Virus record (IMG/VR): IMGVR_UViG_2565956713_000001
Direction: 5' to 3' (one strand)
Source: a virus
Taxonomy: Duplodnaviria; Heunggongvirae; Uroviricota; Caudoviricetes
DNA: 64,000 nucleotides
Of the stretch, positions 1 to 10,876 are shown in pieces; within the stretch, counting starts at the first letter, position 1; every line of letters begins with the position of its first letter. Under the pieces are notes generated by a model. It made no database searches. It had not been told where the DNA came from and saw nothing but the letters and a program-made list of their open reading frames with translations. Both the position numbers and the translations under genes were made by a program.

Positions 1-811
1 CGCTACTGAGCTGAACTATCCCTTTTTGTGTCGTGGTTGCATCCTGGGCTGTATACTTCCCGTTAGCCAGGTCATATGCAGCCTTGACAGCTTTCGGTGT
101 GGCGGCCAGCACTTCAGACGTACTGTTAGTGGCACTACTGAGCTGAACTAATCCCTTTTGCGTTGTGCTTGCATCCTGCGCCGTATACTTGCTTTTCGCC
201 AGATCGTAGGCTTTTTTAACTGCCAGCGAACTCGCAGCAACATCACTTCTGGTACTGGTTACAGAGTCTGAAATATCAATGCCGATCGTGCGGTTGATAC
301 GCTCGGATGTATCAATCATCTCTTGAGTAATGGTAGATACGCCAGCAGGGATATTCACCGTACAAACCAGCAGTTCCCCATCACCTAACTGATATGAATC
401 GGTATAGGTTCTGGCAACAAATTCAGCTGCATGAATATGTGACGCGGTATTCACCTGATAGGTATCTTCTCCAAGAAGGTATCTTCCCTTCAGCACAATT
501 GCATATTTCTTGCCTGCGTTAAGTGCAAGAGAGATATCCTTACGATGCTGAATAGTTACCTGGTAGAATTCACCAATATCCACTGACGCCGCGCCAGCGG
601 TTTTATCTCCATCCACTGAGGTGATTAACAGGTTCATTCCACCGCCAGGCTTAGGCAAGAAACCAGCATAAAATCCTGGGTCAACAATTCCCCTGAATTT
701 TCGGTTTAGAGCGGCTGACAGATATGGTTCGTGGTATTGCACATCAGCCACCAGAGCCAACGACTCGGGTGATGGGTAAGTAACCGATGTAACAACTGTA
801 ACGTCATTCAT
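1..811 (-). CDS. tail fibre protein, N-terminal ~270 codons (rest of gene lies beyond the window start)
   Basis: Minus-strand reading frame open from ATG at 811 to the window edge (MNDVTVVTSVTYPSPESLALVADVQYHEPYL...), ending in two copies of the phage tail-fibre repeat (TQKGxVQLSSATNSTSE..AATPKAVKAAYDLA). Absent from the ORF track, presumably because it has no in-window stop. Confidence 0.75.
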   Translation of the reverse strand, partial: MNDVTVVTSVTYPSPESLALVADVQYHEPYLSAALNRKFRGIVDPGFYAGFLPKPGGGMNLLITSVDGDKTAGAASVDIGEFYQVTIQHRKDISLALNAGKKYAIVLKGRYLLGEDTYQVNTASHIHAAEFVARTYTDSYQLGDGELLVCTVNIPAGVSTITQEMIDTSERINRTIGIDISDSVTSTRSDVAASSLAVKKAYDLAKSKYTAQDASTTQKGLVQLSSATNSTSEVLAATPKAVKAAYDLANGKYTAQDATTTQKGIVQLSS

Positions 812-822
812 CAAGCATATCC

Positions 823-1257
823 TTATGCTGTAGTCGAGTTTATGGCCATAACTGCGGTATATGTTTTGCCCACATACAGCGAGTCTTCTTGGACACAAAT
901 AATGGCGATTGGCTTATTCTCGTTATCCAGAACAACCAGAGTGTTGAATGGGTAGTTTTTCCCTTCCTGCAACTGACTTTGATCAAGGTCCATTCGGACA
1001 GTAATTATCCCGCCTGAGTAGGTTGGAACGAGGTTGATGGTGCAAAATTGACTGGTCAGTTCTGCCAGATCGAAAGCCTTTGGCAGTTCTCCAATCTCAT
1101 AAGTGCCATCTCCTTTCTTAGTAACCAGTGAACTGGTACCGAAAACGGCCTTGCTGATTAAAAATCGAGAGCCTTTGTTAATGGACGATTCAGCGCGCCG
1201 CTGATAGTAATAGTCCAACAACTGACTCTTATAGAGGTTTGTTGAGACGTCAGACAT
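823..1257 (-). CDS. tail-fibre-associated structural protein (position of P1 gene R)
   Basis: 144-aa ORF immediately upstream of the tail-fibre gene on the same strand, stop 12 nt before its start; function inferred from position only. Confidence 0.35.
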   Translation of the reverse strand: MSDVSTNLYKSQLLDYYYQRRAESSINKGSRFLISKAVFGTSSLVTKKGDGTYEIGELPKAFDLAELTSQFCTINLVPTYSGGIITVRMDLDQSQLQEGKNYPFNTLVVLDNENKPIAIICVQEDSLYVGKTYTAVMAINSTTA

Positions 1258-1335
1258 GATTTTCCCTAATCAATGTTGTGAAGCCTCATTGTAAGATAAG
1301 TAACTTGTCACCCCGCCCTGCGGACGGGGTGATTG

Positions 1336-2175
1336 TCACGCATCGCTATCCAACAGCAAATCATCTGCGCGGGTGCGATCAAACGTAGGCGTTGCTTTCA
1401 CAATAGTGCCGCCCGGCGTTGCAGTGATCGGGGCGTTAATCGACGTAACTTCAGTAAGCGAAGTTGTATCCGAAGTTTCAAACCAGCAGAATGCTTTTTC
1501 GGTATCAGAAATCTCATTCAAAGTGATCATGTCGGCCTGTTCATTTACAACAACCGACAAATAGAGCGTAAGCCCATCAAACACTATATGCAGTGGCAGT
1601 AGAGGCTTTACGAACTGATTAAACTTTCTGAGAATTTCTTCTGTAATTGCGGACTGATCTATCGTTCCAGTAATACCCATTGTCCGGGCCAGGTCGTTTA
1701 TGGGAATACTGATCATTCCTCTGGAAGTCAGAAACATCTCACCGAATGTGCCGCCGGTGGTTTCCAGTGTGCTTTCTGGAATCAGGACCGTGCCATAGGG
1801 ATGACGTTCAAAGTCCACCGGAGCATATATGGGATCCCATAAAACCGATATACCGTTAAATTCGCGATAAATTGTCTGGTTTATAGGGCGTTCAGTACCC
1901 TTAAAATGGATCTCATCAAACCGCTGTTGTAACAACATCGGAACGGAAGATGAATTCGACGTTCTGATAGTAAAAAACTGGCCAAGTTCATTTGTCCTGG
2001 TCTCCAGATCCTCCTTGCTCATGGAGAAAATAGACTTCCGGTTGGTAATTCGCTCCAACCATGGGTCAACAAAGGTGTCCATCATTGACTGAACCAAATC
2101 AGCCAATGATTTATAGAGCAATGACTTTTGCTTAGCTGATGTAAGCCGGTTATTAAACCAGGAACGTTGCATCAC
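1336..2175 (-). CDS. baseplate protein (putative)
   Basis: 279-aa ORF inside the tail/baseplate operon, with a 4-nt overlap with the upstream J-like gene. Confidence 0.35.
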   Translation of the reverse strand: MMQRSWFNNRLTSAKQKSLLYKSLADLVQSMMDTFVDPWLERITNRKSIFSMSKEDLETRTNELGQFFTIRTSNSSSVPMLLQQRFDEIHFKGTERPINQTIYREFNGISVLWDPIYAPVDFERHPYGTVLIPESTLETTGGTFGEMFLTSRGMISIPINDLARTMGITGTIDQSAITEEILRKFNQFVKPLLPLHIVFDGLTLYLSVVVNEQADMITLNEISDTEKAFCWFETSDTTSLTEVTSINAPITATPGGTIVKATPTFDRTRADDLLLDSDA

Positions 2176-3605
2176 TCCTCCTCATACGAAATATTGAAGG
2201 TGGAGTTTCCTGTATCCAGATAAACGAAATCGTAAAAGCCGTTGGACTCATTCCACTCGACAAACTCCAGATAAAAGTCGCGGAAATAGCCCAACGTTTC
2301 GATAAACGCCCAAACGTCTTTTTTCTTAATCAGGATGTACTTTCCGACGCGGTTCGGATCAAAGAAAGTTGAGTCGCGCCCAAATTTTGTTTCCAGTGCC
2401 GACTTCAGCTCATCGGTCACGTTCTCAATGGTCAGGCTTGCCGATATCCGTCCGGTGATGGTTATCTTAAATGGTAGTTTTCTGACCTCTTTATAAGAGA
2501 ATTTCTTGTTCAGTTCATTCGGTACCTTCTTAAAGGCAGTCAGGATCATTTCTTCAAGCTCTGACTGGCTTTTATTTGGATGCCATCCTGAAATAAATAT
2601 CTTATTGATATTCTGAACATTATAAGCACCATCTAATTTCTCTTGCTGGCCTTCGCCCCATGCCTTTACCCAGGACAGCCCCGGGATGTTACGAACCAGA
2701 AAATACGTATAGTCCCCGCCCCATACAACCTGATCATCATAGGCAAGGTAATATTGTGCACGGTTACGTGTGATCTCCGTTGTTTCAGCATCGGTACCTG
2801 CGGTTATAGGTGTCGTTGTCTTAACTGAAATCAAATTAGCTAAATTAGCCGCAGAATCGACAGGCGTCAGGTTTTGGCCAGCAACCAGGGTTATATCGCC
2901 GTTGGTGCACCATACCTTAAGCGTAATTGTCGAGCCTTCTGGCGGTATTTGCCCAATTAGCCCATCGCCGAATCGAACACCCAACTGTTCGGATGGTTTA
3001 TAAAACTCAACGTAGACCTGGCTTTTACTACCAGCTAACCGGAACATTGTGCTGGAAGACCACTGCGTGGTCTTACCATCGGTCGTCACGAATACTTCCA
3101 GCTTATAGCAGACAGCAGTGAGAGCCTTTGATAACACGACTTCCAGAAATTCTTTGGCTGCCGTAACGGTATATGTCACCTCCTGGATTTCCAACTGTGC
3201 CACTTCTACCGTACCGGTGCCGTCAACCAACCTGCATACATCCATAGTCATGTAAGGGTACTGGTCGTCAGATATTAAAGGCGTGTTTTTGGGGATTACC
3301 GCTGGAGCATCTTCACTTGTGGCTGTGATCTCAACCATCCCGGATGACGGTGTTGGCTTGGTACCAACGTAACTATTCGTTTCTGCCGCTGCCAGGATAG
3401 AGGAACGCCGCGTCGCGGTCGATATAAAGCCTTCAGCCAGTGCCGCATCGGCATACTGAAAGCACCTGTAGACAATCTGGGTAATAAACAATGTCAGCAT
3501 CGAGACAAATTGAGAGCCGACAAACTTCGACCAGAATGAATCTTTCTCGACAAGCTCTTCAAACTCTGCACGAATACTGTCTTTAGTCGGTGTTGTTTTA
3601 CTCAT
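2172..3605 (-). CDS. baseplate J-like protein (putative)
   Basis: 477-aa ORF following a gp25-like gene, the usual W-J-I baseplate order; overlapping stop/start codons. Confidence 0.4.
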   Translation of the reverse strand: MSKTTPTKDSIRAEFEELVEKDSFWSKFVGSQFVSMLTLFITQIVYRCFQYADAALAEGFISTATRRSSILAAAETNSYVGTKPTPSSGMVEITATSEDAPAVIPKNTPLISDDQYPYMTMDVCRLVDGTGTVEVAQLEIQEVTYTVTAAKEFLEVVLSKALTAVCYKLEVFVTTDGKTTQWSSSTMFRLAGSKSQVYVEFYKPSEQLGVRFGDGLIGQIPPEGSTITLKVWCTNGDITLVAGQNLTPVDSAANLANLISVKTTTPITAGTDAETTEITRNRAQYYLAYDDQVVWGGDYTYFLVRNIPGLSWVKAWGEGQQEKLDGAYNVQNINKIFISGWHPNKSQSELEEMILTAFKKVPNELNKKFSYKEVRKLPFKITITGRISASLTIENVTDELKSALETKFGRDSTFFDPNRVGKYILIKKKDVWAFIETLGYFRDFYLEFVEWNESNGFYDFVYLDTGNSTFNISYEEE

Positions 3606-3961
3606 AGCACCACGTCCTGTGTGATAGTTATATCCCTGATACGAATGGATATTTTCAACTTATCAAAAGCATCTCCCTCGGCTACTGACAAGCCAGAAAT
3701 CGGTATGTCAGGTAAATCTACCGTCAGTTTTTGCAACAGCATTGCCTCAACCGCAATTTGAACATGCGACAAGTTGGTCGGTTCGTGTTTAAACTGCGGT
3801 AAAACATTGCCCCATGACGGATCTCCGTATACCTCACCCTGATAAGTGTTTAGCCACTCATATAAACGAGCGCCCCAGGCCTCCTCCTGGGACTCATACG
3901 TTTTTACGCCGGATAACTCCAGCGTCAGCAAAGGATCAATTTCGTTATTGTTGGCCATCAA
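3602..3961 (-). CDS. baseplate wedge protein, gp25/GPW-like (putative)
   Basis: 119-aa ORF of typical GPW size, between the tape-measure gene and the J-like gene, translationally coupled. Confidence 0.35.
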   Translation of the reverse strand: MMANNNEIDPLLTLELSGVKTYESQEEAWGARLYEWLNTYQGEVYGDPSWGNVLPQFKHEPTNLSHVQIAVEAMLLQKLTVDLPDIPISGLSVAEGDAFDKLKISIRIRDITITQDVVL

Positions 3962-6900
3962 TCAACTCTCGCGTAGTCATTCATCAACGGATCATCAATT
4001 GACAGTGGTACCGTGCGCATAACGCCCGGCTGAGGCGTGCTGACCTTTACGACAGTTCCCTGGCCTTTCGCCGAGTCTTTGGTGTGCTCTTCAATCCTGG
4101 CAAGCAATGAGGTCATCTGCGCAAACAGCCGCTTCGTTTCACCATCAAGTGAAACGGTATTATCAGCCAACTGCATTGTCGGCTTGGCACCGGAACCGCC
4201 AAGGTCACTAATAACCTGCCCGTCTATCTGCATACGACCGGTTGGTTGCTGCAAATCGTTGGCGGCAGTCGTCACCTGGGACGTGGAGGCTGGTTCAGGC
4301 GCATTATTTTTCCGCATCCCCGGCGAGTTGCGGAGTTTATCGAATAGTCCATCAATCCCCATTTGTGCGCCGAGTTGGTCAAAGTAACTTGAGTTGCTGG
4401 CCACCGGACGCGCCTCTTCAACTGGCATCGGAGTATCAACATACACATTGCCAGCTGCTGTTGCGGTCCCCTTCCCTCGTGCACGTTCTTCGAGCGTTCC
4501 CTGAACGACTTCCCGACGCATACCCCGGCCATTCATGAATTTGTTGACCAGATCGTTAACGCCAACAGCATTGCCGATTTTGTCTACCAGACCGCCTTTC
4601 TCAAACGGGCTATCACCAGGGGTAAACGCCAGACCAGTAGACTGATCGATAACGGCGTTATCAGGCAGTTGTCCCCTCACTCCATATTGCGCCCCACCCT
4701 GTGCTCCTGCCCCAGGTGTATAGATTTCACCACCTAAATAGCGAGCACGATGAGTATTGACCTTGATCGCGTACTCACGGTTTTCCTTCGATAAGTCACC
4801 GGTGCCTTTTTTCCACTTATTAATAGTGCCAAACCCAGCGTTATATGCAGTGATGGCCTCGTTTAAGTCTCCATTGGCTTGCTTCAGATACTTGCTCATG
4901 AGAAGAGCCGCAGCTTCTGCCGATTTCACAGGATCAAACGATTCACCTTCAGCTAAGCCAGTCTCTTCACGAGCAATGCCCGTGAACTGAAACATTCCTA
5001 GAGCACCAGTTTGGGATTTTGCGTATGGATTACCACCAGATTCAGTTGCAGCAATCGCGTAAAGAGTGCCTTCAGGAAGACCATATTTATTCTCTAGTTC
5101 AGCAAAATACGGAGCTAACTTATCGAGATTTGCCTTACCTTCAGCGCCAAGGCTTCCGACTTTTACATCTAAGTTGCCATTATTGTAGGTATCAGCAGCT
5201 TTCTGAATGTCATTCCCAGTGCCGGTGGTATTACGCGACGATGATGACGAGCTATTTTGTCCAATAGCTGAATCAATTTTCCGCACCGCGCTATTGCCCG
5301 TTTCTACGGCATTTGCATTGATAATCTGATTGGCAGTTTCTTTAACTGTTTTATTGCTATCTTTCGCCGTGTCCAGTGCCGCATTTATCACGCGGGTAGC
5401 AATATTAGTCTGTTTAGCATCGGATTCAGTTTTAGAATCAGATGTCTCCTGGTGGCTATTAACCGGAGCTTTTAACTCTGGAGTGATTTCTTTTGCATTA
5501 GCCTCGCCGATCGGATTGGGTATTTTTGATACAATCATTGCCGCAGGGGTATTTTTAACGGCATCAACCGCTGCATCTAATGCTTTACCGGGTAAATTTT
5601 TAACCCCATCCCAAATATTACCAGCCGCCTCTTTAATGTGTTTCCCTGGGTTCTTAATGAAGTCAATTGCACTATCAATTGCATCACTGAAAACCTGTTT
5701 CAGGTTATCGACAGTAAAGAAGTCTTTTATGGCATCCAGCTTTTCAAGCAACTTATTAGATGTATCGCTAAACCATGCTGAAACAGCATCACCAATCTTT
5801 GCTGTGTAATCATCGAACTTGGTAGAAATGGTGTCGCCAAGGTTAGAAATATATGTTTCTAAGTTGGTAACCCCGCTATCAATGGCCTGGGCAATACTTT
5901 CCGTCGAAAATGATTGCAACATATTGCCGATATCCTCAAATCCAAGTGATTTGAGAACATCACCAATAGCACTGCTAATACCAGATACCAGTCCCCCCAA
6001 ATCAAGAACATTGGCTAACGTATAAGCGGCTTTTTGCTGGAATGATGGATCTTGTCCTGATTTAAGCCCAAACGCTCGACGTTGCGCTTCTGTATCATTC
6101 CAACCGGTTACCGCATCATAAATACCTCCAGCCACTGTGCCGACTAGGGGAATTGCGCGTAACGCCCCTTTACCAACTGCCTTTAATCCAAGTTTACCTG
6201 CTGCCCGGGCAGCCAAATCTCCGCCTTCATGAGCGAGAGTCTTCTTGCCACCACCGCGTAGCATTCCTACAAGTTTCTTTGCCCCCAGAGCGCCAAAAGC
6301 GAGTGCTCCAGCTTTTTTCAGCATGCCACGCCCCATTAACAACGACGCGACGCCACCGGCCCCCTTCCCTAACAGGCTAAATAGTTTGGACAGCAAGCCG
6401 CCCTTCTTTTTACCGGTGTTTTTGGCTATCTGATCAAGGGCGCGGAGAATCTTGTCATTGCCCTCTTTAATTTCGCTGGTCTGCTCCTGAAGTTCCTGAA
6501 CCGTCCGTTTTTGGGTGTTAACCTGAACGACATCGGCACTATTTTGCGATTTACGCCTAAAAAAACCTTTTCTACGGCTGTTATCGTCATTGCCACGAAT
6601 CACATCGGCAATAGACTTTCTGGCACCATTAAGCGATCCACCAACTTCTTTTGATATCCCGCCAAGCTCCTTCCCTGCTGCCCACAATGGACCAGCAACG
6701 GCATAACCTAACGCATCGACGGCACGAGTCTCTGAAGGGTTACCTATGCCTTCAGCTACTTTTGACAGTTTTTTTAATAAACCTGATTCAGCATTTAGAC
6801 GCTCATCATCCTCTTTGCGCCTAGCCTTTTCAGCACGTTCAGCACGGGCATCTTCCGCTGCGGCCTTACTCCCTGACTTTCCAATAAAACGACCACGCGC

Positions 6901-7350
6901 ATCGCGTTGGTTTTGGCTTTTTTGCGCACCGCCTTTTTGACCGAACATTTCGTGAGCGTGTTCGGCTGCTTCGGTCCGTTGCGCCTTTACATCTTCTGTT
7001 ATAGCCTTCTTGCGTCGTTTTTTACCCTTTCGCGTAGTTGATTTGGCCTGCGGTTCCTGTAGAGCAACATCCTCCTGAACTACACGAGAAACGTCCCCTA
7101 AATTAAGCCGTTTCATTGCCTCAACAATAGGGTCCACTGATGGCGCATTGGCCACAAAGTCTGGCCGGGAATTTTCGATTGTGCGATTTAATGCCGACAC
7201 ACTGCGAGAGACAGGATCAACTGTAGCAACTCGCCCCCCTTTCAAATCTTCAACGGCTTCCCGAATACCTGCAAGCTCTTCCAGCTCTTTTGCGCTGGCG
7301 GTTTCAACCGTCCTTATCACATCGTCAATGTTGGCGTTTTTTCTTTCCAT
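3958..7350 (-). CDS. sit: tail tape-measure protein with soluble lytic transglycosylase domain (P1 Sit-like)
   Basis: 1130 aa with long Ala/Lys/Gly-rich helical segments and an SLT domain (GLPEGTLYAIAATESGGNPYAKSQTGALGMFQF...ITAYNAGFG). Confidence 0.8.
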   Translation of the reverse strand: MERKNANIDDVIRTVETASAKELEELAGIREAVEDLKGGRVATVDPVSRSVSALNRTIENSRPDFVANAPSVDPIVEAMKRLNLGDVSRVVQEDVALQEPQAKSTTRKGKKRRKKAITEDVKAQRTEAAEHAHEMFGQKGGAQKSQNQRDARGRFIGKSGSKAAAEDARAERAEKARRKEDDERLNAESGLLKKLSKVAEGIGNPSETRAVDALGYAVAGPLWAAGKELGGISKEVGGSLNGARKSIADVIRGNDDNSRRKGFFRRKSQNSADVVQVNTQKRTVQELQEQTSEIKEGNDKILRALDQIAKNTGKKKGGLLSKLFSLLGKGAGGVASLLMGRGMLKKAGALAFGALGAKKLVGMLRGGGKKTLAHEGGDLAARAAGKLGLKAVGKGALRAIPLVGTVAGGIYDAVTGWNDTEAQRRAFGLKSGQDPSFQQKAAYTLANVLDLGGLVSGISSAIGDVLKSLGFEDIGNMLQSFSTESIAQAIDSGVTNLETYISNLGDTISTKFDDYTAKIGDAVSAWFSDTSNKLLEKLDAIKDFFTVDNLKQVFSDAIDSAIDFIKNPGKHIKEAAGNIWDGVKNLPGKALDAAVDAVKNTPAAMIVSKIPNPIGEANAKEITPELKAPVNSHQETSDSKTESDAKQTNIATRVINAALDTAKDSNKTVKETANQIINANAVETGNSAVRKIDSAIGQNSSSSSSRNTTGTGNDIQKAADTYNNGNLDVKVGSLGAEGKANLDKLAPYFAELENKYGLPEGTLYAIAATESGGNPYAKSQTGALGMFQFTGIAREETGLAEGESFDPVKSAEAAALLMSKYLKQANGDLNEAITAYNAGFGTINKWKKGTGDLSKENREYAIKVNTHRARYLGGEIYTPGAGAQGGAQYGVRGQLPDNAVIDQSTGLAFTPGDSPFEKGGLVDKIGNAVGVNDLVNKFMNGRGMRREVVQGTLEERARGKGTATAAGNVYVDTPMPVEEARPVASNSSYFDQLGAQMGIDGLFDKLRNSPGMRKNNAPEPASTSQVTTAANDLQQPTGRMQIDGQVISDLGGSGAKPTMQLADNTVSLDGETKRLFAQMTSLLARIEEHTKDSAKGQGTVVKVSTPQPGVMRTVPLSIDDPLMNDYARVD

Positions 7351-7431
7351 GATCTTATCGCCTACCGCTTCGGTTTAAGTTTTTCTTCCAGTTTCTCCAA
7401 CAGGAAAAACGCATAGGATTCAGTGAGCCTT

Positions 7432-8313
7432 TCAGCGTCCTGAATCGGTATACCCCCATACAAAACCAGGTTGGACACTAAGGTCTGATAGCTTTTCAAT
7501 CCCCACCTGTGGAATGAAGTCGGTAGCCCGAAAGGGCACCCACAGACGGGTATACGCACCCTCTGTGGACTCCTTTGTATCCTGGTTTGGGCATTTGTGC
7601 GGCGGGAGACGAAGACGCATTTCGCCTTTATCGATGTAGCACGGTAAACCATGTTCGAGCTTTTCATGAGCCAGCCGGATGTGTGCCGCCAGCTTCATAA
7701 ATTCAGTATCAATGGCCATCCGTTTGATCGTTTCATAACGACGCTCAGCCTGCTCTTCACGAGTACCGCTAACATCGTTATAAAGTTCACACTGATAAGC
7801 GAATTCCCAAAAACGCAAATCAACGATCGCTTCTTTGAATTCCGCGTCGTCTTCAGGTGGCAATGCTGCACGGCGCATCTCCAGCATTTCCATTGCCCAA
7901 CCATCAAGCGGCACGATACGCCATTGATAAGGCACGCCCTCTACAGACACCTCAATATCGTCAATGAACGGTTCCACTTCCAGGACCTGGATATCTTCAG
8001 CCAGAGCATTCATATCGCAATCGTAATAATGCTCTTTACCGCAATGTTTACAGGTGTAGGTGAATGTCTCGACCGGTGTTTCACGGGAGCCAGTAAATAT
8101 CCACCATAACGCGGTAATCCGGTCCTGCGCCGTCCATGTCAGGGGATCATATTTCGCGGGTTCAGCCAGCAAGACTTTTAAATACGCCGTTGTCTGTTGT
8201 TCTTGTTCCTCCGGTGTTATCGAGTTGAAACGCATCGCATCAGCAATATTTGGCTGACGGAACTGGATCAATTCAGTTGGCCGCGATGGTAGCGGGAAAA
8301 GAGGTAAAAGCAT
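7432..8313 (-). CDS. tail morphogenesis protein (putative)
   Basis: 293-aa ORF directly upstream of sit on the same strand; contains a Cys cluster (CKHCGKEHYYDC). Confidence 0.35.
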   Translation of the reverse strand: MLLPLFPLPSRPTELIQFRQPNIADAMRFNSITPEEQEQQTTAYLKVLLAEPAKYDPLTWTAQDRITALWWIFTGSRETPVETFTYTCKHCGKEHYYDCDMNALAEDIQVLEVEPFIDDIEVSVEGVPYQWRIVPLDGWAMEMLEMRRAALPPEDDAEFKEAIVDLRFWEFAYQCELYNDVSGTREEQAERRYETIKRMAIDTEFMKLAAHIRLAHEKLEHGLPCYIDKGEMRLRLPPHKCPNQDTKESTEGAYTRLWVPFRATDFIPQVGIEKLSDLSVQPGFVWGYTDSGR

Positions 8314-8327
8314 CCTTGCTCCTTAAT

Positions 8328-8939
8328 TCAAAGAGAAAAACTAAAGCCCAGAAGGGAAGCTAAAGAACTTGAGGATTGGTTAAACGTGCTGTGCAATGCG
8401 AAGGTCATTGGGAATGACTTAAATTCCGTAACCTGATCCCGCGCATAGGTGACATCGCCGGTAGTGACCGGGAATACCGTCATCTCATTTTCCAGTTTGG
8501 TTAAACCGGAGGACAGCAACCGATAAATACGCACATTGAGCAAATATTTAGACGGTATATTCCCGGTACCGTCCGGATTGATAACCCGACCTTTTGCCGT
8601 CTTAAACCAGTCCAAAACGAGGCCATCAACGGTATCCCTGACCATCATTGTTATCTGCCCAGGCGAACGCTCCGTTGGCTGAAGGATATTCCCTCCGCCG
8701 ATTTTAATCGTTTCATATTCGATGCTGTAATCGTGGTAGGTAATGTCTTTAGCAAAGAAGTCTGCCCCCTCCAGACCATCAACTTCGACAGAGAACTGCC
8801 ATCCTTGCGCGAACAGCATTTTGTTCATGATGATTGACGTCAGCTTACCAACTTCCCGCTCACCAACGCCGGAGCCAAATAATGTCGTCGTTAATGCCGA
8901 AGATACATAAGACTTTACTGAAGCAACATTAAGCCCCAT
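8328..8939 (-). CDS. tail tube protein (putative)
   Basis: 203-aa ORF upstream of the tape-measure region; call from size and synteny only. Confidence 0.3.
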   Translation of the reverse strand: MGLNVASVKSYVSSALTTTLFGSGVGEREVGKLTSIIMNKMLFAQGWQFSVEVDGLEGADFFAKDITYHDYSIEYETIKIGGGNILQPTERSPGQITMMVRDTVDGLVLDWFKTAKGRVINPDGTGNIPSKYLLNVRIYRLLSSGLTKLENEMTVFPVTTGDVTYARDQVTEFKSFPMTFALHSTFNQSSSSLASLLGFSFSL

Positions 8940-8949
8940 ATCAGCCCCC

Positions 8950-9540
<591 letters not shown>

Positions 9541-9574
9541 TTAACCGATTCTACGAGTAGTCATTTGTGACAGG

Positions 9575-10078
9575 TCATTTTGCGCGCTTCAGGCAGCCAT
9601 CTTCAGGTGCCGCGTTGAAAAGCTCTGCGGCCTTACGTAGCGTAAATGTTGCGATTTTTTTTCCGTCTACGTATGCATCGAATGTTTTAACTTCCATATC
9701 AGGGGTATCTGACCAAAAACCATACCAGTAACTATCACCCACAGAGGAACCGATAGAACTGATAGGATATTCATCATCACCAACTTTCAGCGTTATTTGT
9801 TCTTTTTTAGCATCAAATGACTCACCGCCAGGTTCTGTTTTCATGAGAGTGAGTAGTCGTGTTCCTACTTGATTGGGATCCGTATTATTAAATCCAACAT
9901 CGCACTCAAATGTAAGCGTATAATTATCTTTGCTGGAAACAGCATAAGAACGAACACCATGAGTCTCGCCGGTTGACCATTTGCTTACATTTGCCATTGA
10001 CGAAAAAGGAGTAAGCAAAGCAAGAATTAGAAAAAATCGTTTGATGCGCATTAATTTATCTCCTTTGGATATTAACAA
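9575..10078 (-). CDS. secreted protein with signal peptide (sim-region gene)
   Basis: N-terminal signal peptide (MRIKRFFLILALLTPFSSMA) after the first in-frame Met; sits between the tail operon and the immunity-I module. Confidence 0.4.
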   Translation of the reverse strand: MLISKGDKLMRIKRFFLILALLTPFSSMANVSKWSTGETHGVRSYAVSSKDNYTLTFECDVGFNNTDPNQVGTRLLTLMKTEPGGESFDAKKEQITLKVGDDEYPISSIGSSVGDSYWYGFWSDTPDMEVKTFDAYVDGKKIATFTLRKAAELFNAAPEDGCLKRAK

Positions 10079-10115
10079 TTATTATCAATATTTTAATTAA
10101 TTACCCATCATATAT

Positions 10116-10790
10116 TTACCATTCATAGGGTAAATTAAGCGCTTTTAAACCTTGCTGGAAGGTATTAAGTGAGCCGTTCTTTTGTTGTTCCATTTTTTCG
10201 CGCGCCGCTTTCTCATACTGCTCCATCCGTTGGTTATACTCTTGCAATTCTTCTGGAGAGAGGTTTCCCATTGGGGAGTTTGTACCCGGCCCCCTGGCCC
10301 GCTCTTCAAGCGTACCCTGAACGTTTTGATGGCGCATTCCTGGGGCATTTCTGATTGAGTCAATGCCATTTCTTCCAACATCTTCTTTATTAACGGCATT
10401 GCTCGCCACCAGCACCCCCCAGCTAGGGATAGCAAAATCAGGAGCGGTTTCGCATGCCTTTACCATATAATCGAAAGAGCTTCGATTGATCTCGTTTGCG
10501 TCGGGATTTAATAGGCGAGAATATTGATATTTAGCATTTTCGTTGGTTGCGACTTTATACAGTTCTTGCTGCACCATCGCTTCAGAAAGTTTAAGGCGTT
10601 TCATATCTGACAGTAACTTCTTGCGCATGGATTCGTCTTGACTGACAGCAAAGCCGTAAACGTGCCCAAGGTATTTCGTATAATCGGTACAAATCTCCTT
10701 TACGCTTGATGCTGCATTAACAGTCCCAGCCATAAATAATAACGGTAGTAATAGTTTTCTCATTATAACCTCACCTGCCTTATAACTCAT
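10116..10790 (-). CDS. Sim-like periplasmic superinfection-exclusion protein (putative)
   Basis: Signal peptide (MRKLLLPLLFMAGTVNA); ~25 kDa; position matches the P1 sim locus next to immI; C-terminal motif shared with Sit (see findings). Confidence 0.45.
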   Translation of the reverse strand: MSYKAGEVIMRKLLLPLLFMAGTVNAASSVKEICTDYTKYLGHVYGFAVSQDESMRKKLLSDMKRLKLSEAMVQQELYKVATNENAKYQYSRLLNPDANEINRSSFDYMVKACETAPDFAIPSWGVLVASNAVNKEDVGRNGIDSIRNAPGMRHQNVQGTLEERARGPGTNSPMGNLSPEELQEYNQRMEQYEKAAREKMEQQKNGSLNTFQQGLKALNLPYEW

Positions 10791-10859
10791 TTAGGGTACA
10801 TATTTTCGCCTTTAAAAAAAAGAGGTTATTAGATCCAATTGTGTATTTATTAAGCACAC

Positions 10860-10876
10860 AATGCTCTAATAAATTT
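10860..10876 (+). promoter_or_regulatory. C1 repressor operator (AATGCTCTAATAAATTT), Op51-like
   Basis: 16/17 match to the asymmetric C1 operator consensus ATTGCTCTAATAAATTT, upstream of the c4-icd-ant module. Confidence 0.7.

Noticed and set aside
4037-6940. Plus-strand ORFs (4037..4387, 4242..4538, 5330..5809, 6746..6940 and others) inside the sit gene
   Set aside because: They lie antisense within a long, well-supported minus-strand gene, have low-complexity composition and no ribosome-binding sites; treated as shadow ORFs. The same applies to antisense ORFs inside ban, dmt, pacB, parA and the capsid/sheath genes.
7362-7667. Out-of-frame ORF overlapping the end of the gene upstream of sit, as a possible programmed frameshift tail-chaperone extension
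   Set aside because: The overlap is in the +1 frame rather than -1, no slippery heptamer was found, and the upstream protein (293 aa) is too large for a typical chaperone.
10145-10435. ORF 10145..10435 (minus) overlapping the Sim-like gene in another frame
   Set aside because: It is nested inside a better-supported gene with signal peptide and conserved motif; treated as spurious.
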